NCBI GenBank assembly: GCA_050294405.1
Contig: JBNKOC010000016.1
Coordinates: 128,001 to 192,000 of the forward strand
From: Fibrobacteria bacterium
GTDB lineage: Bacteria > Fibrobacterota > Fibrobacteria > UBA11236 > JADFYW01
Reading direction: 5' to 3'
DNA: 64,000 nt
Position numbers and translations under genes: made by a program. Below the pieces are notes generated by a model. It was not told the DNA's origin and made no database searches. It saw only the letters and a program-made list of their open reading frames with translations. Shown here piece after piece: positions 1-10,779 of this stretch (positions are counted from its first letter, which is position 1; every line of letters begins with the position of its first letter).

Positions 1-1845
1 TCTCCACTCCAATCCCATTCTAAGCCCTCTGGCATTATTGAGGGGAGGGTGTACTTCATTTAAACTAAAAGCCTGGGTGCCATTTAAGGTTTGGTGGACT
101 CTGGCTCTGTCTTCATAATAAAAATCGTTAAAATAACCCGGGTGGAAATGTTTGTGGGAACCATAACCCTCTATAAAGCCATGGAACTTTTTATAAAATA
201 TGCTGATTCCCGGGAATTGGACGCCAAGTCCTTCATAGCCAAAAGCTCCCGAAAATAAAAACGCAGAGCCAAGATAACCAAAAGCATTAATAGAACTTTC
301 CTGGATAAAATTGAATTCCAAAAAAAACTCCATAGCCCAAATGGAAGCTGTGCTCGAAGCCACATCCACGTTAGGCTCTTCTTCAGCTCTGTAATTTTCC
401 AGGCCATCCCCAAGGGTGAGCCCTGTTCCTTGATTCCAATCAAACACCATAGCTGTCCCAATAGATGTGTATCCATTATCATAAAAGTAGCTAAGACCCA
501 TGGGGGAAAAACCCGCCAGATCACCAGCATACATTCTGAAATCTGAAAAGCCGGACATAGACCAGTTGAATATAAAACCCAGAGGCTGTGCTATTTGGCT
601 ATGTATTTCATTGGAAAAATCTTTTACCAACAGCCCCTTGAACTGGGTGAATTTACGTATGGGACCAAGGTGAATATCCATCCCCACTTTAGGCAAACTA
701 TAATCCAGGTAATAAATTTTATCCAATATTCCCTGTAAGCCAGTAAAACCCAGGCTGTGGCCATCTTTACTGGTTTCAAAGGGCAAGTTAATGGCAAAGC
801 GCAGGGATCCAAAGCTGGCGCCTCCGCGAAGGCGAATTCCGTTGTGGGATACCCCGCCTTCCTGAGGGGAGGCACTTTGAAAAAACAGTTGGGTTTCCGT
901 GTAATATTTGTGGTCTTCCAGGTTGTCAAACCAAAATGGAGGAACATAATCATTAGCCCCGGTAGTTCCATCGGACTTTCGGACTTTTTCCAAAACCTCG
1001 GGCAATTTAAAAAAGGGTTTCAAGCGAATATCTTCTTCGTATTTCTCCTCTTCCACAGATTTTTCAGCCACAGCTTTGCTGGTTATTTTTTCGGTTTGGG
1101 CTTTTATCCCGAATTTTTCCATCTCGTTGCTCACAAATTTATCCCCAAAATACTGGCGCAGTAAATCGGTTATTTCAGTGGTTACTAAAGTTGGCTCTGT
1201 GGGGTTTTTGTCGGGCTCCACGTTTGTGAAGTTACCTTTGGTTATCTCAATAGGAGTTTTCAGGCTTATATTTTGAGACATTAAATTTTCTGAAGTGGCG
1301 AAGATGTTTGTCTTATTTAAATCCTTTTGATAGATAAAAGAAAAGCTCCCTTTTGGTGAGGCAGCCATACCATCATTGGAGAATACCTGAACCTCATTTG
1401 GACCTTCCCATGTCATATAACATCCACCTTCAAACACCGTGAGGGTTGTCACAAAGCCGCTGCCATTTTCCACTGGCGGCATTTTAACCAGCACCTTGGT
1501 ATTGGAGCCAATAATGATTTGGTTTTTTAAATCAATGCGGATGATGATGTATGATTTATAGCCGGTCTTAATTAAATCGCCATCTTCTATGCGTATTTTG
1601 CGGGTGATTTTTTTCCAAATGCGTTCGCCTTCTTTTTGGAGTTGGATTTTACCTCCAAATGCTACAGAAATGGCATTGGGACCTTCTCCCTCCTGAGGAG
1701 CATCGGCGCTGGCGTTGCTGGCTTCCTCTTCAGATTCGCTTTCTTCGGTTTGGGCCCAAGTGGAAAAAAGGGCTAGCTGTAGGATTAAGAAGAGTTTTCC
1801 AAAAAATAGCCAGAATTTATGAACTGGAAAATTCTTCACATACAT
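1..1845 (-). CDS. Secreted FecR-like domain protein with a probable C-terminal outer-membrane beta-barrel (3' truncated by window edge)
   Basis: Manually translated open frame from ATG 1845 (MYVKNFPVHKFWLFFGKLFLILQLALFSTWA|QTEE, signal peptide) with no stop to base 1. FecR-like segment WKKITRKIRIEDGDLIKTGYKSYIII..IIIGSNTKV, then aromatic/Gly-rich beta-strand segments. Not in ORF track. Confidence 0.7.
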   Translation of the reverse strand, partial: MYVKNFPVHKFWLFFGKLFLILQLALFSTWAQTEESESEEEASNASADAPQEGEGPNAISVAFGGKIQLQKEGERIWKKITRKIRIEDGDLIKTGYKSYIIIRIDLKNQIIIGSNTKVLVKMPPVENGSGFVTTLTVFEGGCYMTWEGPNEVQVFSNDGMAASPKGSFSFIYQKDLNKTNIFATSENLMSQNISLKTPIEITKGNFTNVEPDKNPTEPTLVTTEITDLLRQYFGDKFVSNEMEKFGIKAQTEKITSKAVAEKSVEEEKYEEDIRLKPFFKLPEVLEKVRKSDGTTGANDYVPPFWFDNLEDHKYYTETQLFFQSASPQEGGVSHNGIRLRGGASFGSLRFAINLPFETSKDGHSLGFTGLQGILDKIYYLDYSLPKVGMDIHLGPIRKFTQFKGLLVKDFSNEIHSQIAQPLGFIFNWSMSGFSDFRMYAGDLAGFSPMGLSYFYDNGYTSIGTAMVFDWNQGTGLTLGDGLENYRAEEEPNVDVASSTASIWAMEFFLEFNFIQESSINAFGYLGSAFLFSGAFGYEGLGVQFPGISIFYKKFHGFIEGYGSHKHFHPGYFNDFYYEDRARVHQTLNGTQAFSLNEVHPPLNNARGLRMGLEWR

Positions 1846-1863
1846 ATTAAATGTTTAACACCA

Positions 1864-3117
1864 CTATTGGCTATCGAGCCCTGCTATTTGATCTTTTATC
1901 ATTTTTAAGTTTTTTCGAACTTTTTTAGCTATTTCAATGTCATTGAAGTAGGTTAAACAATTTTCCAATTCTTGGGCGGCTTTATCCAGTAAATCTTTCT
2001 GTTTTTGAGGAGATTGGCCCTTTTTTGCTGCAAAATATTCAGAGGCTTTTTTCCGTTTTTCAATGCAAAAACGTTCTCCGGCCGTGTTTTTCAAATCCCT
2101 TGCTTTATTTTCGTAGGGGCTCCCTTTTAACTGAGCAATGAGAGGCAGGGCTTCCACAATCATTCCCTTTTCAACCAGGGAATCGGCATTTTTATACAAA
2201 ATTTCGGGGTTTTCGGGACTTGAGCCGCTGGGACCCTGATAATTTTGCACACCAGCTTGTTGGAAGGGCTGTTGGGGCAAGTGGGAATATTCGGAGCTAA
2301 GGTTGGCTAGCTTTAATTGAAAAAGTTCGAGGTTTTGGCTGTTTTGGTACTCTGTTTTAAGCGCTTCTATTTCTAATTGGCTTTTTTTAAGGTCACGCTC
2401 CCAGGTTTCCTGAACCAGTTTTTTTATTTCTGTCCTTATATTTTCTGGTGGCTGGGTTCCCAAAATATCCACGGCAATTTTACTTACTTCAGGATGGTGG
2501 GCCCCGCGAATTACCGCCTGCATTAGCCTTTCAATCTGAGTCATAGTTTGGGAGGGGAGAGTTTGGGACATAATTCCCGATACCATGCTATTCTTTTTGG
2601 CGTCTTCTAAAATCTGGTTGATGGCCGGTTCCTGATTTTGAATTTTTTTCCAATATTCAGCCGCTTCTTTTATATTTCCCAAAGCGAAGTTGGCCTTGCC
2701 CAAAAGAAAGTCCCGTTTTAACAATGATACAGAATTATTAGAAGAAGGTTGGCTTAAGATTAACAGCGAAAGAATAACATCGGGTTCCCCGGAGATTTTT
2801 TGAACGCAGTCCAGAGCCTTATCCAGGGGTATTAATTTCTTTTCACTGGGCATGTTAATACCGCAATTTGCTTGCAGTAGGGAATCCTGAGCTTTTGGCT
2901 CCTTGGGCTCTGGCTTTTGTTCAGGGGAACTTACTAACATACTGTCGGTTTGCGATTCAGTGGCCGCAAGGCTGTCCCCATTAGGGCTTATAACTTCTCC
3001 GGAATCAGCCGGCGCTTTTTCCACTCGAGGCGCTTTTTGATGGACCTGAGGTTTTTGGCCGGTTTGGCTACAGTTAAATAAAAACAAGGCCAGGGCGGGT
3101 AATATTAAATTTTTCAT
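1864..3117 (-). CDS. Hypothetical lipoprotein with TPR-like helical repeats
   Basis: Lipobox-like LFLFNC, low-complexity linker, TPR-like FLLGKANFALGNIKEAAEYWKK; 1 bp downstream of the PBP gene. Confidence 0.6.
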   Translation of the reverse strand: MKNLILPALALFLFNCSQTGQKPQVHQKAPRVEKAPADSGEVISPNGDSLAATESQTDSMLVSSPEQKPEPKEPKAQDSLLQANCGINMPSEKKLIPLDKALDCVQKISGEPDVILSLLILSQPSSNNSVSLLKRDFLLGKANFALGNIKEAAEYWKKIQNQEPAINQILEDAKKNSMVSGIMSQTLPSQTMTQIERLMQAVIRGAHHPEVSKIAVDILGTQPPENIRTEIKKLVQETWERDLKKSQLEIEALKTEYQNSQNLELFQLKLANLSSEYSHLPQQPFQQAGVQNYQGPSGSSPENPEILYKNADSLVEKGMIVEALPLIAQLKGSPYENKARDLKNTAGERFCIEKRKKASEYFAAKKGQSPQKQKDLLDKAAQELENCLTYFNDIEIAKKVRKNLKMIKDQIAGLDSQ

Positions 3118-3118
3118 A

Positions 3119-6100
3119 TTAAGGCTCTCTTAAATAAAAATAACTGGCAGCAGAGCTGGAGTCAGATGTTTGTGAAAGGGGAAGGCCATTTATCTGTTTA
3201 ACTTTAATGGTGGAATGCAGGTCTTCATCTTCTAAAGGCCAATGGGGGTCAACTTGCAGACCTAAGTCGAATTTGTCTACGGAGCCCGCATAATCAAAGG
3301 CCTGGGTTATAGCATTGGCCATTTGTATCCAGGCATCCAGAGATACGGTGCCGCCAAACCCCCGAAAGCCGTTGTGCTCCATTTTTTTGTTATCATCGTA
3401 GCCCACATAGACTCCAATGGCAAAACCATCTTTTACAGAAAGCCCTCGGTTTTTACCCAAAGGGCCGCTGATAAAACCCAAAAAGGCGCCATTTCTGTGA
3501 TCGTTAGTGGTTCCCGTTTTACCGTAAGAGGGAATGCTTAAGTTTAAATCAGAGCCTCCCACATTTACCTTAACCTTCACCTCTTCCTTAACTTTACGTC
3601 CTGTTCCACCCTCCACGATATTTCGCAAAATAGATTGAACTCCCCACTTGGTTTTGGAGTCCAAAACTTCTTCGGCTTCCATAATATCTTCATAAATAAC
3701 TTTTCCATTGGGAAGGGTGATTTTTTCCACTAACAATTGAGACTCGCCGGTTTTATCGGAAACATAGCGAACCCCATCTTTCATGGTTTGGTATACTTCT
3801 GTAGCTTCCGATAGGGAGATAACATTGGAGCCCAGCGGAAAGGATAGCACCGGGTCCATCTTGTGGGTGATTCCCAATTTTTTGGCGAATTCAACCATAT
3901 ATTTCAGTGAAACCAGGGCTTTAAATTCCCGGGAATAAAAAAGGTTTTCGGGAGCGTAGGAATTGGAACCTAAGTCCACATTTGGAATTTTTTTCTCTAA
4001 TTCAAAAATAGACTTAATGGAAATCTTTTCATTGATGTATAGATTTTCATCCAGCTCGTTTTTGGCTTCTGGATCGGCGAGGCTCCAATGTACAGGAGGT
4101 TTTTTGGTGAAATAAGAAAGTTTATGGCTGGCCGGATGGATGTATAGGGCTTTGTAATTTCGCTCTTTGGCAAATTCCAGATAATTTAAAAAACATTCCT
4201 GTAAAATTTCCCGCCTTAAAATATTTTCTTCTTTGCTGGAGCCCTTTAGGCTTTCTGCTTCTTTAGAGTAACCCCAGCCGTAAGGCAGATTTTTTAAATA
4301 GGCCGCTTCTTCATCCCTGCCGTCAAACACCAAATCAATGGCAAATTCCTCTTTGGCTTTTTCAAAACGTATATCATTTTTGCGGGGCTCATAAAGTAAA
4401 AAACCAAGACTGTCTCTTACAAATTCGGTAAATTGCCCGCTGCCTTCAAATACATCGGGGTGTATGCCATAGGTTTTGGCAATCTTCCAAAACTCATTAA
4501 AGTTTAATTTGGCAAGCAAGTTGTACAGCAAATAAACGCTGGCAATATTTTCAGAGCGGCGCCCCGCCCAGGCCATGCTCACCAAATCTTCGGGCTCGTG
4601 ATCGGGTCGGGGGAAATAAAAAGTATTTCCCAGTCTAAAAAGTTGGCGGTAGTTGTGAAGGGTGTCCATGGGGGTCCAGCCCACAGCGCAAGCGGCAGCA
4701 TAAACCATGGGCTTAAAAGTGGAACCAAATTGACGCACCGCCTGGTTGACGCGGTCGTAACCTACATTGCGAAAGCCGCCCACATTGGCCAAAATTTTTC
4801 CGCCTTTTAATATACGGCTACCACCCTGGAGCTTGGGAGTATTTTCAAACTCCAGCTCTCCCTCATAAATTTTGTCCAGAGGAAATAGCATGGGGCTGGA
4901 GCAAAGAATCAAATTGCCTTTTTGCAAATGGCTGTGGAAAAACTTTTTCCATTCGGCTTCCTTCATGGGGCTTCTGTTTCCGTTTTCGTGCCAATTCAAT
5001 AGGGTAAAAAATTCTTTTAAGGAGTTCTGGGAAAGCCAGGCTTTGGAACTTCCCATTTGAACCTGAATTTTAGGATATTTTCCTTTATCCAATTGGGTTG
5101 AACAAATTTTGGCCACATAAAATCTTCCCGGTAAAATCTCGGGTACAATGTTCATGTATTCGTTTTTAGGAGGGTTGTACCCTTCCAGTATTATGCTGAG
5201 CTGGCTTAAGTTTTTATTGGTGGCGTATTCCGAGGCTACCTGTAAATTGGGGTCGAGAGTGGTATATATTTTAAGACCTTCAGAGGCGTAATCTTCCACT
5301 CCGTAGTCTTCCAATATTTCCATAATATTTTCCCGCTCAATAAATTGCCGCACTTTCACAATGTTAGTGGAGAGCTTAAAGCGAAAGCTGCCTTTTGAAA
5401 AAGGAATGCTGTCCTTAACAGCTTTTTTGTATTGTTCATCGTTGATGTATTTGTTTTCCCACATTTTGTCTAAAACATACTTCACGCGGGATTTTGCTCT
5501 TTTGTATTTAAGTTCTTTTTGTTCCACTGAGCGGCTTATAAAGGGGTTGTATTGGTTTGGGCCCTTCACACTTCCGGCGATAAAAGCCAGCTCCACAAGT
5601 CCCAATTGCGATAATTCTTTTCCAAAAAAATAACGGGCCGCAATGGCAACTCCATGGCCGTTACCACTAACATAAAACTGGTTTAAATAAAATTCGAGAA
5701 TTTCTTCTTTGCTAAAGAATTTTTCCAAACGAAAAGCGTTTACCAATTCGGGAAATTTGGCCAAAAGCCTTTGAAATTTATTGCGGGAGCGGTTGGGAAA
5801 AAGGTTTTTGGCTGTTTGCTGGGTGAGGGAGCTTCCCCCTCTTTTAAAAGAAAAAGAGCGAATATCATCGGCTATGGCATACAAAATGGCCCGGTAATCC
5901 ACGCCGCCGTGCTTAAAAAAGTTTTTGTCTTCCGCTGATATTACGGCTTGTATCATGGTTTTGGGGATGGAGTCGAAGGGCACATAATCCCGGTGGATGT
6001 CTTCAAAAAACGATCCCATTACCGTTTTTCCATCGCTGTAATACACCACGGTTTCTTTGCTTAAAATTTCCATGATAGCTTCTTTGGAAAACTGATTGTT

Positions 6101-6244
6101 GGGATTGAACCTGCTAAAAATAAAAATTAGCAATACGGTTATAACAAAAGCCAAAAGCCCAAGGGCGGCAAGGATGGCAAAAATTTTAAGCAGCCTTTTA
6201 GGCCAGAGAGTTGTTTTGGCTCGTATCATGCTATTAGTATTCAT
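3119..6244 (-). CDS. Class A penicillin-binding protein (PBP1A family)
   Basis: N-terminal TM; GT51 motifs EDKNFFKHGG, GGSSLTQQTAKN, SKEEILEFYLN; transpeptidase motifs STFK, SEN, KTGT. Confidence 0.92.
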   Translation of the reverse strand: MNTNSMIRAKTTLWPKRLLKIFAILAALGLLAFVITVLLIFIFSRFNPNNQFSKEAIMEILSKETVVYYSDGKTVMGSFFEDIHRDYVPFDSIPKTMIQAVISAEDKNFFKHGGVDYRAILYAIADDIRSFSFKRGGSSLTQQTAKNLFPNRSRNKFQRLLAKFPELVNAFRLEKFFSKEEILEFYLNQFYVSGNGHGVAIAARYFFGKELSQLGLVELAFIAGSVKGPNQYNPFISRSVEQKELKYKRAKSRVKYVLDKMWENKYINDEQYKKAVKDSIPFSKGSFRFKLSTNIVKVRQFIERENIMEILEDYGVEDYASEGLKIYTTLDPNLQVASEYATNKNLSQLSIILEGYNPPKNEYMNIVPEILPGRFYVAKICSTQLDKGKYPKIQVQMGSSKAWLSQNSLKEFFTLLNWHENGNRSPMKEAEWKKFFHSHLQKGNLILCSSPMLFPLDKIYEGELEFENTPKLQGGSRILKGGKILANVGGFRNVGYDRVNQAVRQFGSTFKPMVYAAACAVGWTPMDTLHNYRQLFRLGNTFYFPRPDHEPEDLVSMAWAGRRSENIASVYLLYNLLAKLNFNEFWKIAKTYGIHPDVFEGSGQFTEFVRDSLGFLLYEPRKNDIRFEKAKEEFAIDLVFDGRDEEAAYLKNLPYGWGYSKEAESLKGSSKEENILRREILQECFLNYLEFAKERNYKALYIHPASHKLSYFTKKPPVHWSLADPEAKNELDENLYINEKISIKSIFELEKKIPNVDLGSNSYAPENLFYSREFKALVSLKYMVEFAKKLGITHKMDPVLSFPLGSNVISLSEATEVYQTMKDGVRYVSDKTGESQLLVEKITLPNGKVIYEDIMEAEEVLDSKTKWGVQSILRNIVEGGTGRKVKEEVKVKVNVGGSDLNLSIPSYGKTGTTNDHRNGAFLGFISGPLGKNRGLSVKDGFAIGVYVGYDDNKKMEHNGFRGFGGTVSLDAWIQMANAITQAFDYAGSVDKFDLGLQVDPHWPLEDEDLHSTIKVKQINGLPLSQTSDSSSAASYFYLREP

Positions 6245-6423
6245 AAATTAAGTAATCTTTCCCCGTAAAATTTAAATATTCTAATTGGATATGCTGCCTC
6301 TCAGATTTTTTTTGGGTTTTATATAAAAATCTATAAAGCTTCCGGGGTGATCTGGCAGCGAGAATATTTGGCTAAAAATCTTGATTTGCCAAAGGATTAA
6401 ATTAACTTTAACGCTCCAATTCC

Positions 6424-6511
<88 letters not shown>

Positions 6512-6536
6512 TGTGAGTTTCAAAAGGAAAATAATA

Positions 6537-8279
6537 GTGGATCCCAACATTCCAGCCAATACTTCTGGGGAAAACGTTGCCCCCGAAGTAGCCAAAGCCA
6601 GTAACTTTATTCATAACCGCATTGACGAAGATTTGGCTGCTGGTAAAAACCAGGGTAGGGTTGTAACCCGGTTTCCTCCGGAACCAAATGGCTATTTACA
6701 CATTGGCCATGCCAAGTCTATTTGCTTGAATTTTGGTATTTCGGCGAAATACCAAAAAGGCCCTTGCCATTTGCGTTTTGACGACACTAATCCAGAAAAA
6801 GAAAGCCAGGAGTATATTGACTCCATTAAAAAAGATGTGGCTTGGCTGGGCTTTGATTGGGGCGAAAATGAATACTACGCCAGCGATTATTTTGAACAGC
6901 TTTATAATTTTGCTGTAGAACTTATTAAAAAACAATTGGCCTATGTGTGTGAGTTAAGTCCCGAAGAGGTTAGAAAATACCGGGGCACTTTAACAGAACC
7001 CGGTAAAGAAAGCCCCTTTCGCAATCGCTCTGTGGAAGAAAACTTAGAGCTATTCCAGAAAATGCGCAATGGCGGGTTTAAAGATGGCGAGGCTATGTTG
7101 CGTGCCAAAATAAACATGGCTTCCGGTAACCTAAATATGAGAGATCCGGTTTTGTATCGGGTAAAACATGTGCACCACCACAGAACGGGAGATAAATGGT
7201 GCATTTATCCCATGTACGATTTTACCCATTGTTTATCCGATGCCATTGAAAAAATCACCCACTCTATTTGCACACTTGAATTTGAAGACCATCGCCCACT
7301 TTACGATTGGGTCATTGACAATGTTAGCTCTCCTTCCAAACCGCAGCAAATTGAATTCGCCCGTTTGAATTTGACTCAAACATTAATGAGCAAGCGAAAG
7401 CTGTTGGCGTTGGTGGAAAACAAATGGGTGGAAGGTTGGGATGATCCCAGAATGCCCACTATTTCCGGTATGCGTAGAAGGGGATACACCCCCAAATCCA
7501 TCCGGGTCTTTTGTGATAAAATTGGGGTGGCTAAACGGGACAGCACCGTGGATATGGCCTTGCTGGAAAGCTGTATCCGGGATGAGCTCAACCAATCTGC
7601 CCCACGCTTGATGGCGGTTTTGAGTCCCCTAAAAGTGGTATTGGAAAATTACCCGGAAAATGAAATAGAAGAGCTGGAAGCCCAAAATAATCCAGAAGAC
7701 GCCTCTATGAGAAGCCGAAAAATACCTTTTGGAAAGGTTCTATACATCGATAAAAATGATTTTATGGAGAACCCTCCTAAAAAATATTTTCGATTGAGTC
7801 CTGGCTCGGAGGTGCGCCTACGCTATGGCTATGTTATACGTTGTAAGGAAGTGGTGAAAAATCAAAATACAGGAGAAATTGAGCGACTGATTTGCACTTA
7901 CGATCCAGAAACCCGCGGGGGTAAAACACCTGATGGCAGAAAAGTTAAGGGCACTATCCACTGGGTGTGTGAGGCAAAACACGGTGTCGCTGAAGTTCGC
8001 TTATTTGAGCCATTGCTATTAACAGCTGAAGAATTAAAATCCAAAGGCGAAGACCTAAGCCTCGAAGATTCATTGAATCCCAATTCCCTTGAAGTTATTG
8101 AAAACGCTCTGGTAGAGCCTGAATTGTTAAATAAACAAGAGGGTTTTCGCTGCCAGTTCGAAAGGGTGGGTTATTTTTATCTGGATAAACTGCAAAATGG
8201 CAGTAAGCCTGTGTTCCATCGAGTTGTAAGCCTCAAAGATACATGGGGCAAAATGCTAAAATCTCAAAAGGTTTCTTAA
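6537..8279 (+). CDS. glnS: Glutamine--tRNA ligase
   Basis: [45 protein letters not shown]; start moved to GTG 6537 because the ORF-track start overlaps the tRNA. Confidence 0.96.
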   Translation: MDPNIPANTSGENVAPEVAKASNFIHNRIDEDLAAGKNQGRVVTRFPPEPNGYLHIGHAKSICLNFGISAKYQKGPCHLRFDDTNPEKESQEYIDSIKKDVAWLGFDWGENEYYASDYFEQLYNFAVELIKKQLAYVCELSPEEVRKYRGTLTEPGKESPFRNRSVEENLELFQKMRNGGFKDGEAMLRAKINMASGNLNMRDPVLYRVKHVHHHRTGDKWCIYPMYDFTHCLSDAIEKITHSICTLEFEDHRPLYDWVIDNVSSPSKPQQIEFARLNLTQTLMSKRKLLALVENKWVEGWDDPRMPTISGMRRRGYTPKSIRVFCDKIGVAKRDSTVDMALLESCIRDELNQSAPRLMAVLSPLKVVLENYPENEIEELEAQNNPEDASMRSRKIPFGKVLYIDKNDFMENPPKKYFRLSPGSEVRLRYGYVIRCKEVVKNQNTGEIERLICTYDPETRGGKTPDGRKVKGTIHWVCEAKHGVAEVRLFEPLLLTAEELKSKGEDLSLEDSLNPNSLEVIENALVEPELLNKQEGFRCQFERVGYFYLDKLQNGSKPVFHRVVSLKDTWGKMLKSQKVS

Positions 8280-8280
8280 C

Positions 8281-9780
8281 ATGACTGAAAATTCCACAGA
8301 AAGACCTGGAAGGGTCCGGGTCCGATTTGCACCTAGTCCCACAGGAGAATTACATGTAGGCGGGGCAAGAACAGCCCTATTCAATTGGTTATTTGCCAAA
8401 AATCAAAAAGGCGACTTTATACTGCGCATTGAGGACACGGACCAAACACGTTATAGCGCCGAGGCGGAAGAAAATTTAAAATCCGAGCTCAAATGGTTGG
8501 GTATGGATTGGGATGAAGGCCCCGGTAAAGGCGGAAATTTTGGTCCGTATAAACAATCTGAACGGTTGGATTTGTACCGAAAATACGCCGAGCAATTGGT
8601 TAAAGAAGAAAAAGCATACCACTGTTTTTGCACGGCCCAAAGACTTGAAGAAGTCAGGGCCAAACAAAAGGAAAGTAAATTCCAAACCACTGGCTATGAT
8701 AGACATTGCCGGAATTTGCCGGAGGCAGAAAGAAAAACTTTACTGGAAAATAATACGCCATATGTTATTCGCTTAAAAATTCCCGAAACGGGGACCACCA
8801 GTTTTGATGATTTGTTAAGGGGTCCAATTCAATATCAAAACGAAGTTTTGGACGATATTGTGCTTTATAAAAGCAATGGTTTTCCTTCATACCACCTGGC
8901 CAATGTGGTGGACGATCACCTTATGGAAATCAGCCATGTGATGCGTGGAGAAGAGTGGATTCCCAGTAGCCCTAAGCATCAATTGTTATACAATGCTTTT
9001 GGCTGGACTCCGCCGGTATTTGTGCATCTTCCGGTCATTCTGGCGGAAGGTGGGGGAAAGCTCAGCAAAAGAAAGGGGGCTGCTTCCGTTGCTGATTTTA
9101 AAAATCTGGGCTATTTGCCCGAAGCCCTTAATAACTTTTTAGCCCTATTGGGCTGGAGTCCTGGAGATGACAGGGAATACATGTCCCAGGAGGAAATGGT
9201 GGCCAGCTTCTCCCTGCAAAAGATAAATCCCAAGAGCTGCTTTTTTGATACCCAAAAACTGGAATGGATGAATGGCCAACATATACAGCATTTATCCGAT
9301 GAGGCTATGGGAAAATTACTGGAGGCTTCGCTACCAGAAAACCTGGATAAGAAATGGGGGCAAACTTATTATTCCTCTGTGGGCGCCCTATTAAAAGAAA
9401 GGGTAAAAAAAACCACTGAGATATATGAAATGGCCCGCTACTTTTTTGAAGAGCCAACTGCCTATGAGGAAAAAGCTTTTAAGAAAAGGGTTAAAGAAAA
9501 TACGCCTCAACATCTAAAAATGTTGTCCTCTGAGTTGAAAGGCCTGGAATCTTTTAGTGCAGAAAATATTGAAAAACTATACCATCAGCTAAAAGAGGAT
9601 TGGGAACTCCCCGGAGCAGGAGCGCTTATCCACCCCACTCGATTGGGGATTTCCGGAGTTTCTTTTGGCCCCGGACTTTTTCAAATGATGGAAGTTTTGG
9701 GAAAAGAAAAAGTCATTGGCAGATTGGAAATGTTTGCCCAATACATCGAGGCTTCCCAAAAAAGTGGCCAACAAGTTTAA
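8281..9780 (+). CDS. gltX: Glutamate--tRNA ligase
   Basis: RFAPSPTGELHVGG, LRIEDTD, VVDDHLMEISHVMRGEEW, KLSKR. Confidence 0.97.
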   Translation: MTENSTERPGRVRVRFAPSPTGELHVGGARTALFNWLFAKNQKGDFILRIEDTDQTRYSAEAEENLKSELKWLGMDWDEGPGKGGNFGPYKQSERLDLYRKYAEQLVKEEKAYHCFCTAQRLEEVRAKQKESKFQTTGYDRHCRNLPEAERKTLLENNTPYVIRLKIPETGTTSFDDLLRGPIQYQNEVLDDIVLYKSNGFPSYHLANVVDDHLMEISHVMRGEEWIPSSPKHQLLYNAFGWTPPVFVHLPVILAEGGGKLSKRKGAASVADFKNLGYLPEALNNFLALLGWSPGDDREYMSQEEMVASFSLQKINPKSCFFDTQKLEWMNGQHIQHLSDEAMGKLLEASLPENLDKKWGQTYYSSVGALLKERVKKTTEIYEMARYFFEEPTAYEEKAFKKRVKENTPQHLKMLSSELKGLESFSAENIEKLYHQLKEDWELPGAGALIHPTRLGISGVSFGPGLFQMMEVLGKEKVIGRLEMFAQYIEASQKSGQQV

Positions 9781-10744
9781 CCGTATCCAGGTTTTAATAG
9801 GCCTCCTAAGAAGCCACCCTCAGGGTATGGGGCTAAGCCAATTGGCATCCTCCCTTCAGGTGGATAGCCGCACCATCAAAAGGTATATATCTGATTTAAG
9901 AAAATCCGGTTACCCTGTTTTGGATTTACGTTCAGCTTCCAATGAACCTTCCAGGTTTTATTTGAGTCCTGAATTTAGCCCGCCCAAAGCCCTTATCGAG
10001 TCCCTGGAAAAAATAAAAGCAGACTTACACGCCTGGGGAAACCCCAAATATGTGCATAACATTTCGGCGGCTATTGAATTTCTGGAACAGTTGGGTAACA
10101 ACGGTAAAAAACAAAATCCCATATCCAATCCTGAATCCAAAACTAGCGTTTATCATATTGATCATGGTCCCTTTTCAGAGCAAGATGTATCTTCCCAGTT
10201 GTTGGCCAGTTTGGAAAAGGCCATTCAGCTTTCTCAAAAATTAAATTTGAGTTATAAGGCGGCGGGTGAGAAGCCAAGCCAGATTGTTTTTTCACCTTAT
10301 AAATTAAGTTTAAGGGTAGGACGTCTATATTTAATAGGGGAAGATGATTCTGAGCCCAATGTATTCAAGAGCCTTTCCATTAAACGTATAAAGCGATGCC
10401 AAACAATCTCCGAAACTTTTGTACCAAAAAACTTTAGGCCGGAAGATTATTACAAGTTTTGCTTTGGGCAGTTTCCCAGGCAAGCCCACGAAAGGCCAGA
10501 AAAAATTCAATTGCTCATAAAATCTGGTTGGGTAAAAAGCATATTGGAAGAAAGCCATTTTAATCCGCCGGGCAAATTTATAACCGGAAAAAAAGGCGAA
10601 ATTTTTGAATTTTTAGCGATTGTTAAACCAGACCTTCTCAATTGGGTTTTTTCCCTGCTTCCCCATGCTCTGCCTTTAGGGCCTTTGAGCTTGTGTGTTG
10701 AAGTAAAAAACCGCCTAAAACAGGCTGAATCGCTGGTAAACTAG
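9764..10744 (+). CDS. HTH-WYL domain transcriptional regulator
   Basis: N-terminal wHTH (LASSLQVDSRTIKRYISDL) and WYL-like SPYKL..RLYLIG..KSLSIKRI; probable GTG start overlapping the gltX end. Confidence 0.85.
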   Translation: MANKFNRIQVLIGLLRSHPQGMGLSQLASSLQVDSRTIKRYISDLRKSGYPVLDLRSASNEPSRFYLSPEFSPPKALIESLEKIKADLHAWGNPKYVHNISAAIEFLEQLGNNGKKQNPISNPESKTSVYHIDHGPFSEQDVSSQLLASLEKAIQLSQKLNLSYKAAGEKPSQIVFSPYKLSLRVGRLYLIGEDDSEPNVFKSLSIKRIKRCQTISETFVPKNFRPEDYYKFCFGQFPRQAHERPEKIQLLIKSGWVKSILEESHFNPPGKFITGKKGEIFEFLAIVKPDLLNWVFSLLPHALPLGPLSLCVEVKNRLKQAESLVN

Positions 10745-10779
10745 AGCTTTTTGGGGATAAAAAGCAGTACCATTTAAAG

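Noticed and set aside
171..1850. Short ORFs listed in the track at the left edge (similar ones at 62406-63876)
   Set aside because: Shadow ORFs of the long edge-truncated genes
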